Positions 11,652-25,600 are shown, counted from the stretch's first letter. The stretch: 64,000 bases of DNA from Hypanus sabinus (GCF_030144855.1 NC_082712.1:13144001-13208000); one strand, 5' to 3'. The notes: generated from the sequence alone by a model not told the origin. Numbers and translations are program-made.

Positions 11652-13265
11652 TCAGAGAGACAGACAGACAGACATACTTTATTGATCCCAAGGAAAATTG
11701 GGTTTCATTACAGTCACACCAACCAAGAACAGTGAAGAAATATAGCAATATAAAACCATAAATAATGAAATAAAAATAAGTTAATCATGCCAAGTGGAAA
11801 TAAGTCCAGCACCAGCCTATTGGCTCAGGGTGTCTGACACTCTGAGAGAGGAGGTGTAAAGTTTGATGGCCACAGGCAGGAATGACTTCCTATGACGCTC
11901 AGTGTTACATCTCGGTGGAATGAGTCTCTAGCTGAATGTACTCCTGTGCCTAACCAGTACATTATGGAGTGGATGGGAGTCATTGTCCAAGATGGCATGC
12001 AACTTGGATAGCATCCTCTTTTCAGACACTACCGTCAGAGAGTCCAGTTCCACCCCCACAACATCACTGGCCTTACGAATGAGTTTGTTGATTCTGTTGG
12101 TGTCTTCTACCCACAGTCTGCTCTCTCAGCATACAACAGCAAACATGATAGCACTGGCCACCACAGACTCGTAGAACATCCTCAGCATCGTCCAGCAGAT
12201 GTTAAAGGACCTCAGTCTCCTCAGGAAATAGAGACGGCTCTGACACTTCTTGTAGACAGTCTTAGTGTTCTTTGACCAGTCCTGTTTATTGTCCATTCGT
12301 ATCCCCAGGTATTTGTAATCCTCCACTATGTCCACACTGTCCCCTTGAATGGAAACAGGGGTCACCGGTGCCTTAGCCCTCCTCAGGTCCACCACCAGCT
12401 CCCTAGTCTTTTTCACATTAAGCTACAGATTATTCTGCTCACACCACATGACAAAGTTTCCCACTGTCGCCCTATACTCAGCCTCATCTCCCTTGCTGAA
12501 TCATCCAACTATGGCAGAGTCATCAGAAAACTTCTGAAGATGGCAAGACTCTGTGTTGTAGTTGAAGTCCAAGGTGTAGATGGTGAAGAGAAAGGGAGAC
12601 AGGACAGTCCCTTGTGGAGCCCCAGTGCTGCTGACCACTCTGTCTGACACACAGTGTTGCAAGTACTGTGGTCTGCCAGTCAGGTAATCAATAATCCATG
12701 ACACCAGGGAAGCATCCACTTGCATCACTGTCAGCTTCTCACCCAGCAGAGCAGGGCGGATGGTGTTGAACAAACTGGAGAAGTCAAAAAACATGACCCT
12801 CACAGTGCTCGCCGGCTTGTCCAGGTGGACGTAGACATGGTTCAGCACGTAGATGATGGCATCCTCAACTCCTAGTCGGAGCTGAGAGGCGAACTGGAGG
12901 GGGTCTAAGTAGGCCGGAGCTGCTCTGGAACAAGTCTCTCCATGATGTGGGAGGTCAATGCCACCGGTCTATAGTCATTGGAGCCACTGGGGTGCGGCAT
13001 CTTCGGTACAGGAACTAGGCAGGAAATCTTCCTCTGGAGACTCAGGCTCAGGTTGAAGACATGGTGAAGTACTCCACATAGCTGGGGGCACAGGCTTTGA
13101 GAACCCTGGGGCTGAAACCATGCGGGCCTGCAGCCTTGCTTGGATGGAGACGATTCAGCTGTCTTCTCACCTGTTCAGCTGTGAAGCCCACCATGGTGCT
13201 TTCAGGTGAGGGAGGGGTATAGTCATTAGAGCAGGGTGGGGGGCTGTGAGGAGGGGTAGGAGGGG
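11652..13265 (-). mobile_element. Rex1/Babar-clade LINE, 5'-truncated, inserted in the gag zinc knuckle
   Basis: RT VMFFDFSSLFNTI, GAPQGTVLSPFLF, QKFSDDSA, KTRELVVDLRR; 3' AATAAA plus (TGTC)n tail at ~11655-11680. Flanks rejoin to tgctata/actgtgg as in arm A. Confidence 0.9.
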
Positions 13266-14154
13266 TATAGCATTTGAATATTCCACCTTCAGTTCTCCCT
13301 GTTCCATTTCCAATGCCCTTCCTTGCCCCTTGATAGGGTGCCAGGGAAGCCTTCGAGGTGTGTCCCCCACCCTCATTTCTCTAGACAGGTGCCCGACTTT
13401 TAACAAGCATCACCTTCCCATTAGGGAGTTCAGATGGTCTCTGTATCTCCTTTTCCCTCGCTCTACACATTTTCCTCAGTGACCGTGCCTCAGTATGTGT
13501 GGGTTCAGAAGGATCAAACATTTCCAGTGCCTTTTTAGATTCAACGGTATATTGAGACGCCAGTATCCACAACCATCTAAATGGCCACACTCTACTGCTG
13601 TTCCTACACTCCTTGGAACACAGTCCATAAATGGGAAGCAAATGCAGTGGGATGTTCCCCTCTTCTCCGGTAAAATCTGTCCAGTGCGTTGACTGGGTCC
13701 CCTCTGTTAACACCCTTAGCAGTCAATATTGCGTTCTTCTGTTCCCCACCATCTCACTGTAGATCCGGCAAAGCCGAGTGCATATTTGGATGGGACACAT
13801 TATAATCAATCTCCTTTCCTTGAAGTTCTCTCTGATGGCTAATTGCTTAGAAAAGATCTTGAGTATCGTCTCTGAGCACACGTGTCCTGATATCCTCAGC
13901 AATATCTTTAAGTTGCTGTACACTGAACAGTGTGGTGTATGTTACAGTCTGAGTTTGATTTGCTGTCCTGCTCCCTCCTCTCTGATAGTAACGAGGGGTG
14001 CCAATCGTGCAGACAGTAGCACCGGCTCCCGTTGGGAGGGTGTCGGTGGGAGTTCCTTGGGAAATGTTGTTTTGTAATTATCGTAACTGTACCCAGTAGC
14101 TTCTCCAGCTAAATCATGCCAATCACTATGTCCATATTCATGTTCCCCCCGTTG

Positions 14155-14508
14155 GGACTGGGTTTGCTCTGAGGTGAGATCAGAGGGAGACTGGCTTTGT
14201 TTTCTGGAGTGACTGAGGTGTGATCGGAGAGTTAGGTTGTACTGATGAGAGACTGTGGAGAGATCACAGAGACTGGGTTTGTTCTGAATGAAGATCGGAC
14301 AGACTGGGTTTGGTCTGAGGAGAGATCGGACAGACTGTGTTTGGTCTGAGGGGAGATCAGACAGACTGGGTTTGGTCTGAGGGAGATCGGACAGATAGGG
14401 TTTGGTCTGAGGGGAGATCAGACGGACTGGGTTTGGTCTGAGGGAGATCGGACAGACTGGGGTTGGTCTGAGGGAGATCGGACAGACTGGGTTTGGTCTG
14501 AGGGGAGA
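14155..14508 (-). repeat. ~30-31 bp minisatellite array (arm B copy, fewer units than arm A)
   Basis: Tandem ggacagactgggtttggtctgagggagatc units. Confidence 0.9.
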
Positions 14509-14924
14509 TAATGATAATGACCAATTCGTTTCACAGCTGAAAAGACTGAACTTGCCTTTTGGGGATGTGGTAAATGAGGAAGTAGCTGGAAATATCTCCT
14601 CTTTTATAGTGGTAGGAAGAACAACACAGAACTATCAGTGACTTGGGCAGGATTATGCTACAGATTCGCTTTAACTGTCAGATATTCATCGAAATAAAGA
14701 GTTTCTTGTGTCACAGACAGAGATATACCACATCGAGCCGAGATGCACCCAGACAGGGTGCTGTCTATGGTGTTTGATAACTCTGGCCTTGTACTCACTG
14801 CAGTTTAGAAGAACGTTGGTGGGGTGCAGGGAATCTCATTGAAACCTATGCAATACTGAGAGGCTTGGATAGATTTGACATGGAGAGGGTGTTTCTGATT
14901 GTGGGGAATTCTTGATGATTGAGC

Positions 14925-15349
14925 TGTGAACAATAACTTTATTAACAGACTGTAAAATAACAAGCCACGGGGGTGGGGGCACAAAACGAGTGAGACTGAA
15001 ACTGAACACAACAGGCAACAAGGTCAACTTTAGGCAGGTAGATTGAGGACTGGGAGCAACTATTTGAGGTCAGCTCGTTCGATGAGTGAACAAGGAGTGT
15101 GGAAGGGAGCTGGGTTGAAATAGGCTGCCGGTGACGATTCTGGAACGATCGGCAGGTGAATCCTATTGGCTGGGTAGAGATGCGAAGTGCCTGAATGTGC
15201 AGGCTGGGGTTGTCAATGTGAGTGAGCCTGATACTTTGATCTGCCCTAAACTTGTTGGTCACCCAGAGAAACGAGATGTTCAGTACCTCAGTTGGAGGGC
15301 TGTCCGGTGGGGAAGCCCCTTGAACAGCCTCGAGGCCACTTACATGACA
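14925..15349 (-). mobile_element. Solo-LTR-like repeat
   Basis: TG...CA ends and an AATAAA on the minus strand (ctttatt ~14936). No TSD found. Confidence 0.35.
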
Positions 15350-15654
15350 GTGGTGGTATAATTGCTAAAGATTGGTGAACACTAATTAATGACCTGAATA
15401 TAAAGATTTTGTAGCTTCCTTGTTTGTATATATTTTTAATACGTATGAGGGATCTCAAAAGGGTTTTGAAAACCACCTATATGTCTACATGTGTGTGGGG
15501 TGTTTCTAATGATTATGTTAACCTGTTGATCTTCTTTGCAATTCAGGGCATTGCAAGAGGGGAGATCAACAGATCGATGTTTCAACCTTACAATTTGAAA
15601 CGATGCTTATTCAAGCTCACCCAATTCAAGAACCACCAGACCCTCTGCCCACCT

Positions 15655-15658
<4 letters not shown>

Positions 15659-15721
<63 letters not shown>
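15659..15721. repeat. (GA)n microsatellite, about 31 units
   Basis: Directly visible. Confidence 0.98.
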
Positions 15722-15723
<2 letters not shown>

Positions 15724-16166
15724 AAGGGAGAGAAAGAGAGTGTAGTGCAAAGGCCTTCACCAGCCACACCCCCTGACTCAATGTTTCAATCTTTTGCAAC
15801 GGTTCAGTTGGTGACACTGCCAAGAAACCCAGTCCACAGGAGCTGTGCAAGACCACAGCCCAAAGATACACGTCTTTCAGGCCACTCCTGGAGATATCAA
15901 AAATGGGCAGTCAGCAAGCTCTGGGAGCTGGAACCCACTGCCGTGAAGAACTGCAGTTTGAGTGCAGTCGGAGATCATGGACTCCGACAGGACTCCTTCA
16001 CCCTTGAAAAGGGAAAAAAGAGACTGGAATTTGAGCTCTTTTGCAGACAAGCTCAAAGAAGTCATTCTCTGGCACCATCTAAGTTCCTCTTTCTGGTTGT
16101 CACTATTGTAACCAATATTGTAACATGAACGTGTGATCTCTGGTGTGACTAACTTCTGTAATTCAC

Positions 16167-16750
16167 AGTGGAGAGTATGTGGACTGGTCACATCATGACC
16201 TGGTATGGAAACCCCAATGCCCAAGAACCAAAAATCCTACAAAGAGAGCTGGGTACAGCCCCGTCCATCACAGGAGGTGCCCTCCCCACCATTGAACACA
16301 TCTACAAGGAGCGCTGCCACAAGAAAGCAGCTTCCATCATCAAGGACCCCCAACATCCAGACCATGCTCACCTCTCACTGCTGCCATCAGGCAAGAGGTA
16401 CAGGAGCCTGAGGACCCACACCACCAGGTTCAGGGACAGTTATGACCTCTCAACGATCAGGCTCCTGAACCAGAGTGGAATGCTTCACTCACCTCAACTT
16501 TGAACTGATTCGACAACTATAGACTCACTTTCAAGGAATCTGTAACTCATGTTCTCAGTATTACTTAACTCATTTTTTTGCCCAGTTTGTCTTTTTTTGC
16601 ATATTGGTTGTATGTGTCTTTGTTTGTGTGTAGTTTTTCATTGATTCTATTGATTTCTTTGTTCTACTGTAAATGCCTGGAAGAAAATGAATCTCAGGGT
16701 AGCGTCTGGCCACATATTCGTACTTCGACAATAAATTCACTTTGAACTTT
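16167..16750 (+). mobile_element. Rex1/Babar-type LINE 3' end
   Basis: ITWYGN...KKAASIIKDPQHP...LLPSGKRYRSLRTHTTRFRDS followed by a T-rich 3' UTR with AATAAA. Confidence 0.75.
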
Positions 16751-17184
16751 GAACCTCTAAGGAAGAGATCGATCAGTTAGGACGTGAAAGGACCTGTTGA
16801 CAAAGTTAATGAGCAAATGAGTTGTCTGGCTTGTGACTTGCAAATAACAAAAATACCAATAAAAACCAGGCCGATTACAAATAATCAGAAGGGAACTGAA
16901 AATCAGAAGAGAGACAGTAAGAGTTTACAGTATTCTTACTCTTCACAGACATCCATGAAAAAAACAGAAGAAGGAAATTTTGTAAAATGTTTGCCCCCAA
17001 AGCCCCCCACCCCCTCTACTCCAAAGCAGCCACAAAACATCAACCCTTCCCCCTGTCACTTGTTCCAACAGGAAGGAGCAGCCCTCAACAGTGAACAATT
17101 AACCTACTAAATGTGTGTCTTTAGAGTGTGGGAGGAAACTGGAGGAAACCCCCGCGGTCACGAGGCCAACGCAGAGTGGGAAGC

Positions 17185-19278
17185 GTTGCTCTGTTGTAAA
17201 AAGTGAAACAAAATCATTAGAAAGAGGTGACAGAGGGTCGGAAGGTGTTGAATCATTGTGGATAGAACTAAGGAACTGCAAGGTTCAAAACGGCCTGATG
17301 GCAGTTGTATACAGACGCCCAAACAAAGGTAAGGACATGGCCTACAAATTACACTGGGAGTTAGAAAATGAATGCCAAAAGGGCAATGTTACAATAGTTA
17401 TGAGGGAGTTTAATATGCTAATAGAGTGAGAAAATCAGGTTGGTGCTGGATTCCAGGAGGAGGGATTTCCAGGGTGCCTACGAGATGGCTTTTTACATCA
17501 GCTTGTCGCTGAGCCCACCAGAGGATCATCTATTCTGGATTAGGTATTGTGCAATGAACCAGAATTGATTGAGAGCTTAAGGTAGAAGAACCCTAAGGTA
17601 CAAGTGATCATAATATAATCAAATTCACCCTGAAATTTGAGAAGAAGAGGTGGAAGCCAGATGTATCAGTATTCCAGTGGAGCAAAGGGGATTACAGAGG
17701 CATGAGTAAGGAGATGGTCAGATTTGATCGGAAGGAGCTTAAGAAGGAAATTAGGAGAGCCAGAAGGGGCCATCAGAAGGCCTTAGTGGGAAGGATTAAG
17801 GAAAACCCCAAGGCATTCTACAAGTATGTGGAGAGCAAGAGGATAAGACGTGAAAGAAAAGGACCTATCAAGTGTGACAGTGGGGAATTGTGTATGGATC
17901 CAGAGGAAATAGCAGAAATACTTAATGAATACTTCAGTGTTTACTATGGAAAAGGATCTTAGTGATTGTAGTGATGACATGCAGCAGACTGAAATGCTTG
18001 AGCATGTAGATATTAAGAAAGAGGATGTGCTGGAGCTTTTGGAAAGCATCAAGTTGGATAAGTCGCTGCGACCAGACAAAATGTACCCCAGGCTACTGTG
18101 GGAGGCAAGGGAGGTGATTGCTGAGCCTCTGGCAATGATCTTTCAATCATAAATGAGGATGGGAGAGCTTCTAGAGGATTGGAGGGTTGCAGATGTAGTT
18201 CCTTTATTCAAGAAAGCGAGCAGAGATACCACAGGAAATTATAGACCAGTGAGTCTTGGATCAGTGGTTGGTAAGCTGATGGAGAAGATCCTGAGAGGCA
18301 GTATTTATGAACATTTTTATAAGTGACCTGGATGAGGAAGTGGAGGGGAGGGTTAGTAAATTTGCTGATGACTCAAAGGTTGGGGGTGTTGTGGATAGTA
18401 TGGAGGGCTGTCAGATGTTACAGTGGGACATTGATAGGATGCAAAACTGGGCTGAAAATGGCAGATGGAGTTCAACCCAGATAAGTGTGAGGTGGTTCAT
18501 TTTGGTAGGTCAAACATGATTGCAGAATTTAGTATTAATGGTAAGACTCTTGGCAGTGTGGAGGATCAGAGGGATCTTGGGGTCCGAGTCCATAGGAAGC
18601 TCAAAGCAGCTGCGCAGGCCGACTCTGTTGTTAAGAAGGCGTATGGTGTATTGGCCTTCATCAGTCATGGAAGTGAATTTAGGAGCCGAGAGGTAATTTT
18701 GCAGCTATATAGGACCCTGGTCAGACCCCACTTGGAGTACTGTGCTCAGTTCTGGCCGCCTCACTACAGGAAGGATGTGGGTACCATAGAAATGCTGCAG
18801 AGGAGATTTACAAGATTCTTACCTGGATTGGGGAGCATGCCTTATGAGAATAGGTTGAGTGAACTCAGCCTTTTCTCCTTGGAGCAACGGAGGATGAGAG
18901 GTGACCTGATAGAGGTGTACAAGATGATGAGAAGCATTGATCGTGTGTGTGGGTAGTTAGAGGCTGTTTCCCAGGGCTGAAATGGTCGCCACAAGAGGAC
19001 ACAGGTTTAAGGTGCTGGGGAGTAGGTACCACGGAGATGTCAGGGGTAAGTTTTTTGCTCAGAGAGTGGTGAGTGTGTGGAATGGGCTGCCAGCAACTGT
19101 GGTGGAGGCTGATATGATAGGGTATTTGAAGAGGCTTTTAGATAGGTACAAGGAGCTTAGTAAAATAGAGGGCTATAGGTAAGCCTAGTCATTTCTAAGG
19201 TAGGGATATGTTCGGCACAACTTTGTGGGCTGAAGGGCCTGTATTGTGCTGTAGGTTTTCTATGTTTCTATGTTTCTA
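17185..19278 (+). mobile_element. CR1 LINE ORF2 (EN and RT fragments) with 3' tail, internally deleted
   Basis: ESLWIELRNCK..VVYRRPN, SKFADDSKVGG, RPHLEYCAQFW; ends in (tctatgtt)n at 19258-19278. Confidence 0.9.
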
Positions 19279-21219
19279 CAATTAGAAAATAAGACCATAA
19301 GACATTGGAACAGAATTAGGCCATTCTGCCCATTGCGTCTGCTCCATCATTCAATCATGGTTGATACTTCTTGTTCCCTCTTCAGCACTTCTACCCAGCC
19401 TTCTCCCAGTAATCTTTCATGTCATGGTGAATGAAGAACCCACCAATCACCGTCTTAAATACATCCAACATCCTGGTCAGCACAGCTACCTGTGGTTATA
19501 AATAACACAAATTCATGATCCTCTGGCTGAAGAAATTTCTCTGCACATCTGCTTTAGATGGACACACATCTATCCTGAGGATGTGCCCTCTTGTCCTAGA
19601 CTCCCCCACCATGGGAAACATCCTTTCCACATCTACTCTGTCTAGGGCTTTCAACATACTAAAGGTTTCGGTGAGATTCCCCTCATCCTTTTTAAATTCC
19701 AGCGAATACAAGTCCAGTGTCATCAAATGTTCCTCATTTGATAACCACTTCATTCCAAGAATCATCCTTGTGAACCTCCTCTGAAGAGTCCCCAATGCCT
19801 GCACATCTTTTCTTAGATAGGGAGCCCAGAGCTATTCATAATACTCAAGGAGAGGCCTCACCAGTGCCTTATAAAGCCTCAGCATCACATCCCTGCTCTT
19901 GTATTTTAGACCTTTTGAAATGAATGCTAACATTGCATTTGCCTTCCTCACCACTGTCTCTACCTGCAGGTTAACCTTTAGGGTGTTCTGCACAATGACT
20001 CCCAAGTCTCTTTGCATCTCAGATTTTTGAATTTTCTCCCTGTTTAGAAAATAGTCTGCACATTTATTTCTTTTACCATGCCCATACATTTACCAACATT
20101 GTATTTCATTTGCCAATTTCTTGCCAGTTTTCCTAACCTGTCTAAATCCTTCTGCAGCCTTCCTGTTTCCTCAGCACTATCTGTCCCTACACCAATCTTC
20201 ATATCATCTGCAAATTTAGCAACACAGCCACTATTCCATCATCTAAATCATTTATATACAGCATAAAAGGAAGCAGTCCCAAATCCAACCCCTGTGGAAC
20301 ACCACTAGTCACTGGTAGCCAACAAATAAAGAATCTTTAATTTCCACTCTCTTCCTCCTACCAATCAGCCAATGCCCTAAACATGTCAATAGCTTCCCTG
20401 TAATACCATGGCTCTTAACTTGGTAAGCAGTCTCACGTGTGACACCTTGTCAAAGGCCTTCTGAAAATCCAAATATACAATATCTACTGCATCCACTTTA
20501 TCTATCCTACATCTAATCTCCTCAAAGAATTCCAAAAGGTTTGTCAGGCAAGATTTTCCCTGAAGGAAACCATGCTGACTTTGTCCTATCTTGTCCTGTG
20601 TCACCAAGTACTGCATAAGCTCATCCTTAACAATTGACTCCAACATCTTCCCAACCACTGAGGTGACGATAAATTGTCTATTGTTTCCTTTCTGCTGACT
20701 CCCTCCTTTCTTAAAGAGTGGAGTGACATTTGCAATTTTACAGTCTTCCAGAACCATGCCAGAAATATCATTACAAATGCCTCTGCAATCTTTACCATTA
20801 CCTTTCAGAACCCTTGAGTGCAGTTCATCTGGTCCACGTGACATATGTATCTTTAGGTCTCTCAGCTTTTTGAGCATCTTCTCCCTGATAATAGTAATTG
20901 CACTCGCTTCTCTTCCCTCACACTATCCAACACCTGGCTCAATGCTAGTGTCTTCCAAAATACTCATTTAGTTCACCTGCCATCTCCTTACTATCTCTCT
21001 GGCCTCATTTTCTAGTGGTCCTGTATCTACTCTCATCTCTCTCTTATGTTTTGTGTACTTGAAAACAGCTTTTTCTATCCACCTTGATACTGTTTGCTAG
21101 CTTGCTTTATATTTCATCTTTAACCCCTGATGACTTTTTTAGGTATTTAAAAGCTTCCCAATCCTCTATCTTCCTGCTCATTTTTGCTTTCTTGTATAAG
21201 GTAACACTTAATTTATCCC

Positions 21220-21995
21220 AAAGGAAATTATTGTTGCAAGGTTGCTCAGTCAGAAATATAATCTTAAAATACAAAATGTAAGCATTGGGATATTAAAAAA
21301 TACAAAATGTGCATTAAAAATTAACAGCGGAAAATACAGATGAACAATGCAGCCAGATACTAATATAGTTAAGGAGCTGGATTTGTAGAGACTTAGAGCC
21401 AGAGGGAGAAAGGATCTCCTGTGGCATTCAGTGATTCACCTCGGTGGAATCACTCTGTTACTAAAGGACCTCCTTTCTTTGTCCCATATGTCATGGAGGG
21501 GTGAGAGGGATTGTCCATAATGCTCCGTAGCTTCAGCATAATCCTCCTCTCAGACAGCCACCAGGGGATCCAGTTCCACACACAGAACAGAACCAGCCTT
21601 CCTAGCAAGCTTATCGATCTTCTAAGCATCAGCTGCTCTCACCCTGCTGCCCCAGCGACCACAATGCAGAGTAGAATGCTGGCCACCACTGAGTTGTAGA
21701 AGATCTGCAGCAGAGGACTGTAGACGTTGAATGACTGGAGCCTCCTGGGGAAGTATAGTCGGCTCTGTCCCTTCTTGTACTGAGCTACTGTAGTTTTAGT
21801 CCAGTCCAGTTTATTGTCCATGTGAGTTCGCAGGAATCTGTAGTCTTGGACGACCTCCACACCTGTTCCCCTGATGGAGATGGGGATGCAGGGTGCTTTC
21901 GCCTTCCTGAACTCCACCACCAACTCCTTTGTCTTGGTGATGTTGAGCCCACACCACTCAACAAAGTTGTCCACCACTCCTCTGTACTCAGCCTC
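21220..21995 (-). mobile_element. Rex1/Babar LINE 3' fragment nested in CR1
   Basis: ITKTKELVVEFRK...KKGQSRLYF.RRLQSFNV. Confidence 0.85.
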
Positions 21996-22683
21996 TTGCC
22001 CTCTCTTTTGCTTTTACATTCGCTTTGACTTCCCTTGTCAACCACAATTGTATATTTTGCCATTTGAGATTTGCTTTGTTTTTGGAATGCATCTACCCTG
22101 CACCTTCCTCACTTTGCACTGAAACTCACGTCATTGTTGCTCTGCTGTCATCCCTGCCAGCTTCTCCTTCCAATTTACTTTGGCTAACTTCTCTCTCATA
22201 CCACAATAATTTCCTTTACACCACTGAAATACTGCTACATCAGACTTTACTTTCTCCCTCTCAGATTTCAAGATGAACTCTCAATCATATTGTGATCACT
22301 GTTTCCTCAGGGTTCTTTTACCTTAAGCTCCCTAATCACCTCCAGTTCATTAAATAACACCCAATCCAGTAGAGCTGATTCTCTAGTCAGCTCAATGACA
22401 AACTGCTCTAAAAAGCCATCACTCAGGTATTCAACAAACTCACTCTCTTGAGATCCATTACCAAACTGATTTTCCCGATTGACCTGCATGTTAAAATCTC
22501 CCATGACTATCATAAAATGGCCTTTTGACATGCTTTTTCTTTTTTCTTTTGTAATCTGTATTCCAAATTCCAACTACTGTTTGGAGGCCTGTATTTAACT
22601 GCCATCAGGGTCCTTTTACCTTTGCAGTTTCATAACTAAACCCACAAGGACTCAACATCTTCTGAACCAATGTCACATCTTAC

Positions 22684-25600
22684 AACCATATAACCATATA
22701 ACAATTACAGCATGGAAACAGGCCATCTCAGCCTGTCTAGTCCTTGCTGAATGTTACTCTCACCTTGTCCCACTGACCTGCACTCAGCCCATAACCCTCC
22801 ATTCCTTTCCTGTTCATTTACCTGTCCCATTGTACTTTAAATGACAATATTGAACCTGCCTCTACCTCTTCTACTGGAAGCTCACACAGCTACCCACTCA
22901 ATGAATAAAGAAGTTCCTCCTCGTGTTACCCCTAAACGTTTGCCCACTAACTCTCAGCTCATGTGTTTTTGTTTGAATCTCCCCTACTCTCAATGGAAAA
23001 AGCCTATCCACGTCAACTCTATCTATCCCTCTCGTAATTTTAAATACCTCTGTCAAGACCCCCCTCAATCTTCTACGCTCCAAAGAATAAAGACCTAACT
23101 TGTTCAACCTTTCTCCATATCTTAGGTGCTGAAACCCAGGCAACATTCTAGTAAATCTTCTTTGTACTTTCTCTATTTTGTTGACATCTTTCCTATAATT
23201 TGGTGACCAGAACTGTACATAGTACTCCAAATTTGGCCTTACCAATGCCTTGTACAATTTTAACATTACATCCCAACTCCTATACTCAATGCTCTGATTT
23301 ATAAAGGCCAGCATATCAAAAGCTTTCTTCACCACCCTATCCACATGAGATTCCACCTTCAGGGAACTATGCACCATTATTCCTGGATCACTCTATTCTA
23401 CTGCATTCTTCAATGCCCTACCATTTACCATGTATGTCCTATTTTGACCTGTCCTACAAAAATGTAGAACCTCACACTTATCAGCATTAAACACCATCTG
23501 CCATCTTTCAGCCCTCTCTTCTAATTAGCCTAAATCTATCTGCAAGCTTTGAAAACCTACTTCATTATCCACAACACCACCTATCTTAGTATCATCTGCA
23601 TACTTACTAATCCAATTTACCACCCCATCATCCAGATCATTAATGTAGATGACAAACAACATTGGACCCTGTACAGATCCCTGAGACACACCACTAGTCC
23701 CCGGCCTCCAACGTGACAAACAGTTATCCACCACTACTCTCTGGCATCTCCCATCCAGCCACTGTTGAATCCATTTTACTACTTCAATATTAATACCTAC
23801 TGATTGAACCTTCCTAACTAACTTTCCATGTGGAATCTTGTCAAAGGCCTTACTGAAGTCCATGTAGACAACATCCACTGCTTTACCCTCGTCAACTTTC
23901 TTAGTAACCTCTTCAAAAAATTCAATAAGATTTGTCAAACATGACCTTCCACGCACAAATCCATGTTGACTGTTCCTAATCAGACCCTGTCTATCCAGAA
24001 AATTATATATACCATCTCTAAAAATATTTTCCATTAATTTACCCACCACTGACATCAAACTTACAGGCCTATAATTGCTAGGTTTACTCTTAGAATCCTT
24101 TTGAAACAATGGAACAACATGAGCAATACACCATTCCTCCAGCGCCAAACCCATTTCTAAAGACATTTGAAATATTCCTGTCAGAGCCACTGCTATTTCT
24201 ACACGAACCTCCCTGAAGGTCCTAGGGAAACATCCTGTCAGGATCTGGAGATTTATCCAATTTTATATTCCTTAAAAACACCAGTACTTCCTCCTCTTTA
24301 ATCATCATTGTTTCCATAACTCCCCTACTTGTTTCCCTTACCTTACACAATTCAATATCCTTCTCCTTAGTGAATACCGATGAAAAGAAATTGTTCAATT
24401 TCGCACACTAGCTGTCCACTGATTCTCTAAGGGACCAATTTTATCCCTCACTATCCTTTTGCTATTAATATAAGTGTAGAAACTCTTTGGATTTATTTTC
24501 ACCTTATTGTCAAAGCAACCTCGTACCTTCTTTTAGCTTTTCTAATTTGTTTCTTCAGATTCTTTTTACATTCTTTATATTCCTCAAGCACCTCATTTAC
24601 TCCATGCTGCCTATATTTATTGTAGATATCTCTCTTTTTCCAAACAAAGTTTTCAATATCCCTTGAAAACCATGGCTCTCTCAAACTTTTAACCTAACAA
24701 GAACATAAAGATTCTGTACCCTCAGAATTTCACCTTAAATAACCTCCATTTCTCTATTACATCCTTCCCATAAAAAATTGTCCCGACCCACTCTTTCTAA
24801 ATCCTTTTGCATCTCCTCAAAGTTAGCCTTTCTCTAATCAAAAATCTCAACCCTGGGTCCAGTCCTAACCTTCTCCATAATTATATTGAAACTAATGGCA
24901 TTGTGATCACTGGACCTGAAGTGCTTCCCAACACGTACCTCCGTCACCTGACCTATCTCATTCCCGAACAGGAGATCCAACACTGCCCCTTCTCTAGTTG
25001 GTACTGCTAGGACTAAACTGTCCTGCACACATTTTACAAACTCCAAACCATCCAGCCCTTTTACAGAATGGGCTTCCCAGTCTATGTGTGGAAAATCAAA
25101 AGCTCCCACAATCACAACCTCATGCTTACTATAAATATCTGCTATCTCCATACAAATTTGCTCCTCCAATTCTTGCTCCCCATTAGGTGGTCTATAATAC
25201 ACCCCTATGAGTGTTACTACACCTTTCCATTCCTCAATTCCACCCAAATAGTCTCCCGAGACAAGCCCTCTAATCCATCCTGCCAGAGCACTGCTGTAAT
25301 ATTTTCTCTGACATGCAATGCAACACCTCCCCCTCTTGTCCCTCCGATTCTATCACACCTGAAGCATGAAATCCAGGAATATTTAGTTGCCAATCACACT
25401 CCTACTGCAACCATGTTTCACTAATATGTACAACATCATATTTCCAGGTATCAATCCATGCTCTAAGCTCATCCAACTTTCTTACAATGCTCCTAGCATT
25501 AAAATAAATACATTTAAGAAATTGTCCACCTCCTCCTCTCTGTTTATCTCTTAAAGTACAAAGAACTTTACTGTCTCCTTTTTCTTGCTCTCCCATACAT

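Larger units (their letters stand above)
7726..14915 (-). mobile_element. ERV 5' segment, arm B (leader, gag, pro, RT), interrupted by a hAT and a Rex1 element
   Basis: Reverse complement of 4590-7277. RT NSPILPVREPDGSWRL..YREVNKVT (~10800-10740), TWTTLPQGFHNSPSIFHQRL (10600-10540), continuing at 7856-7730; protease FLWDTGGSRT (11402-11394); capsid-like APLVTIREEG...FSVQQLKDI (~14000-13900). Confidence 0.88.

Noticed and set aside
15424-16128. 234-aa ORF with an RE repeat
   Set aside because: It spans a (GA)n microsatellite inside LTR-like DNA and has no recognisable domain.
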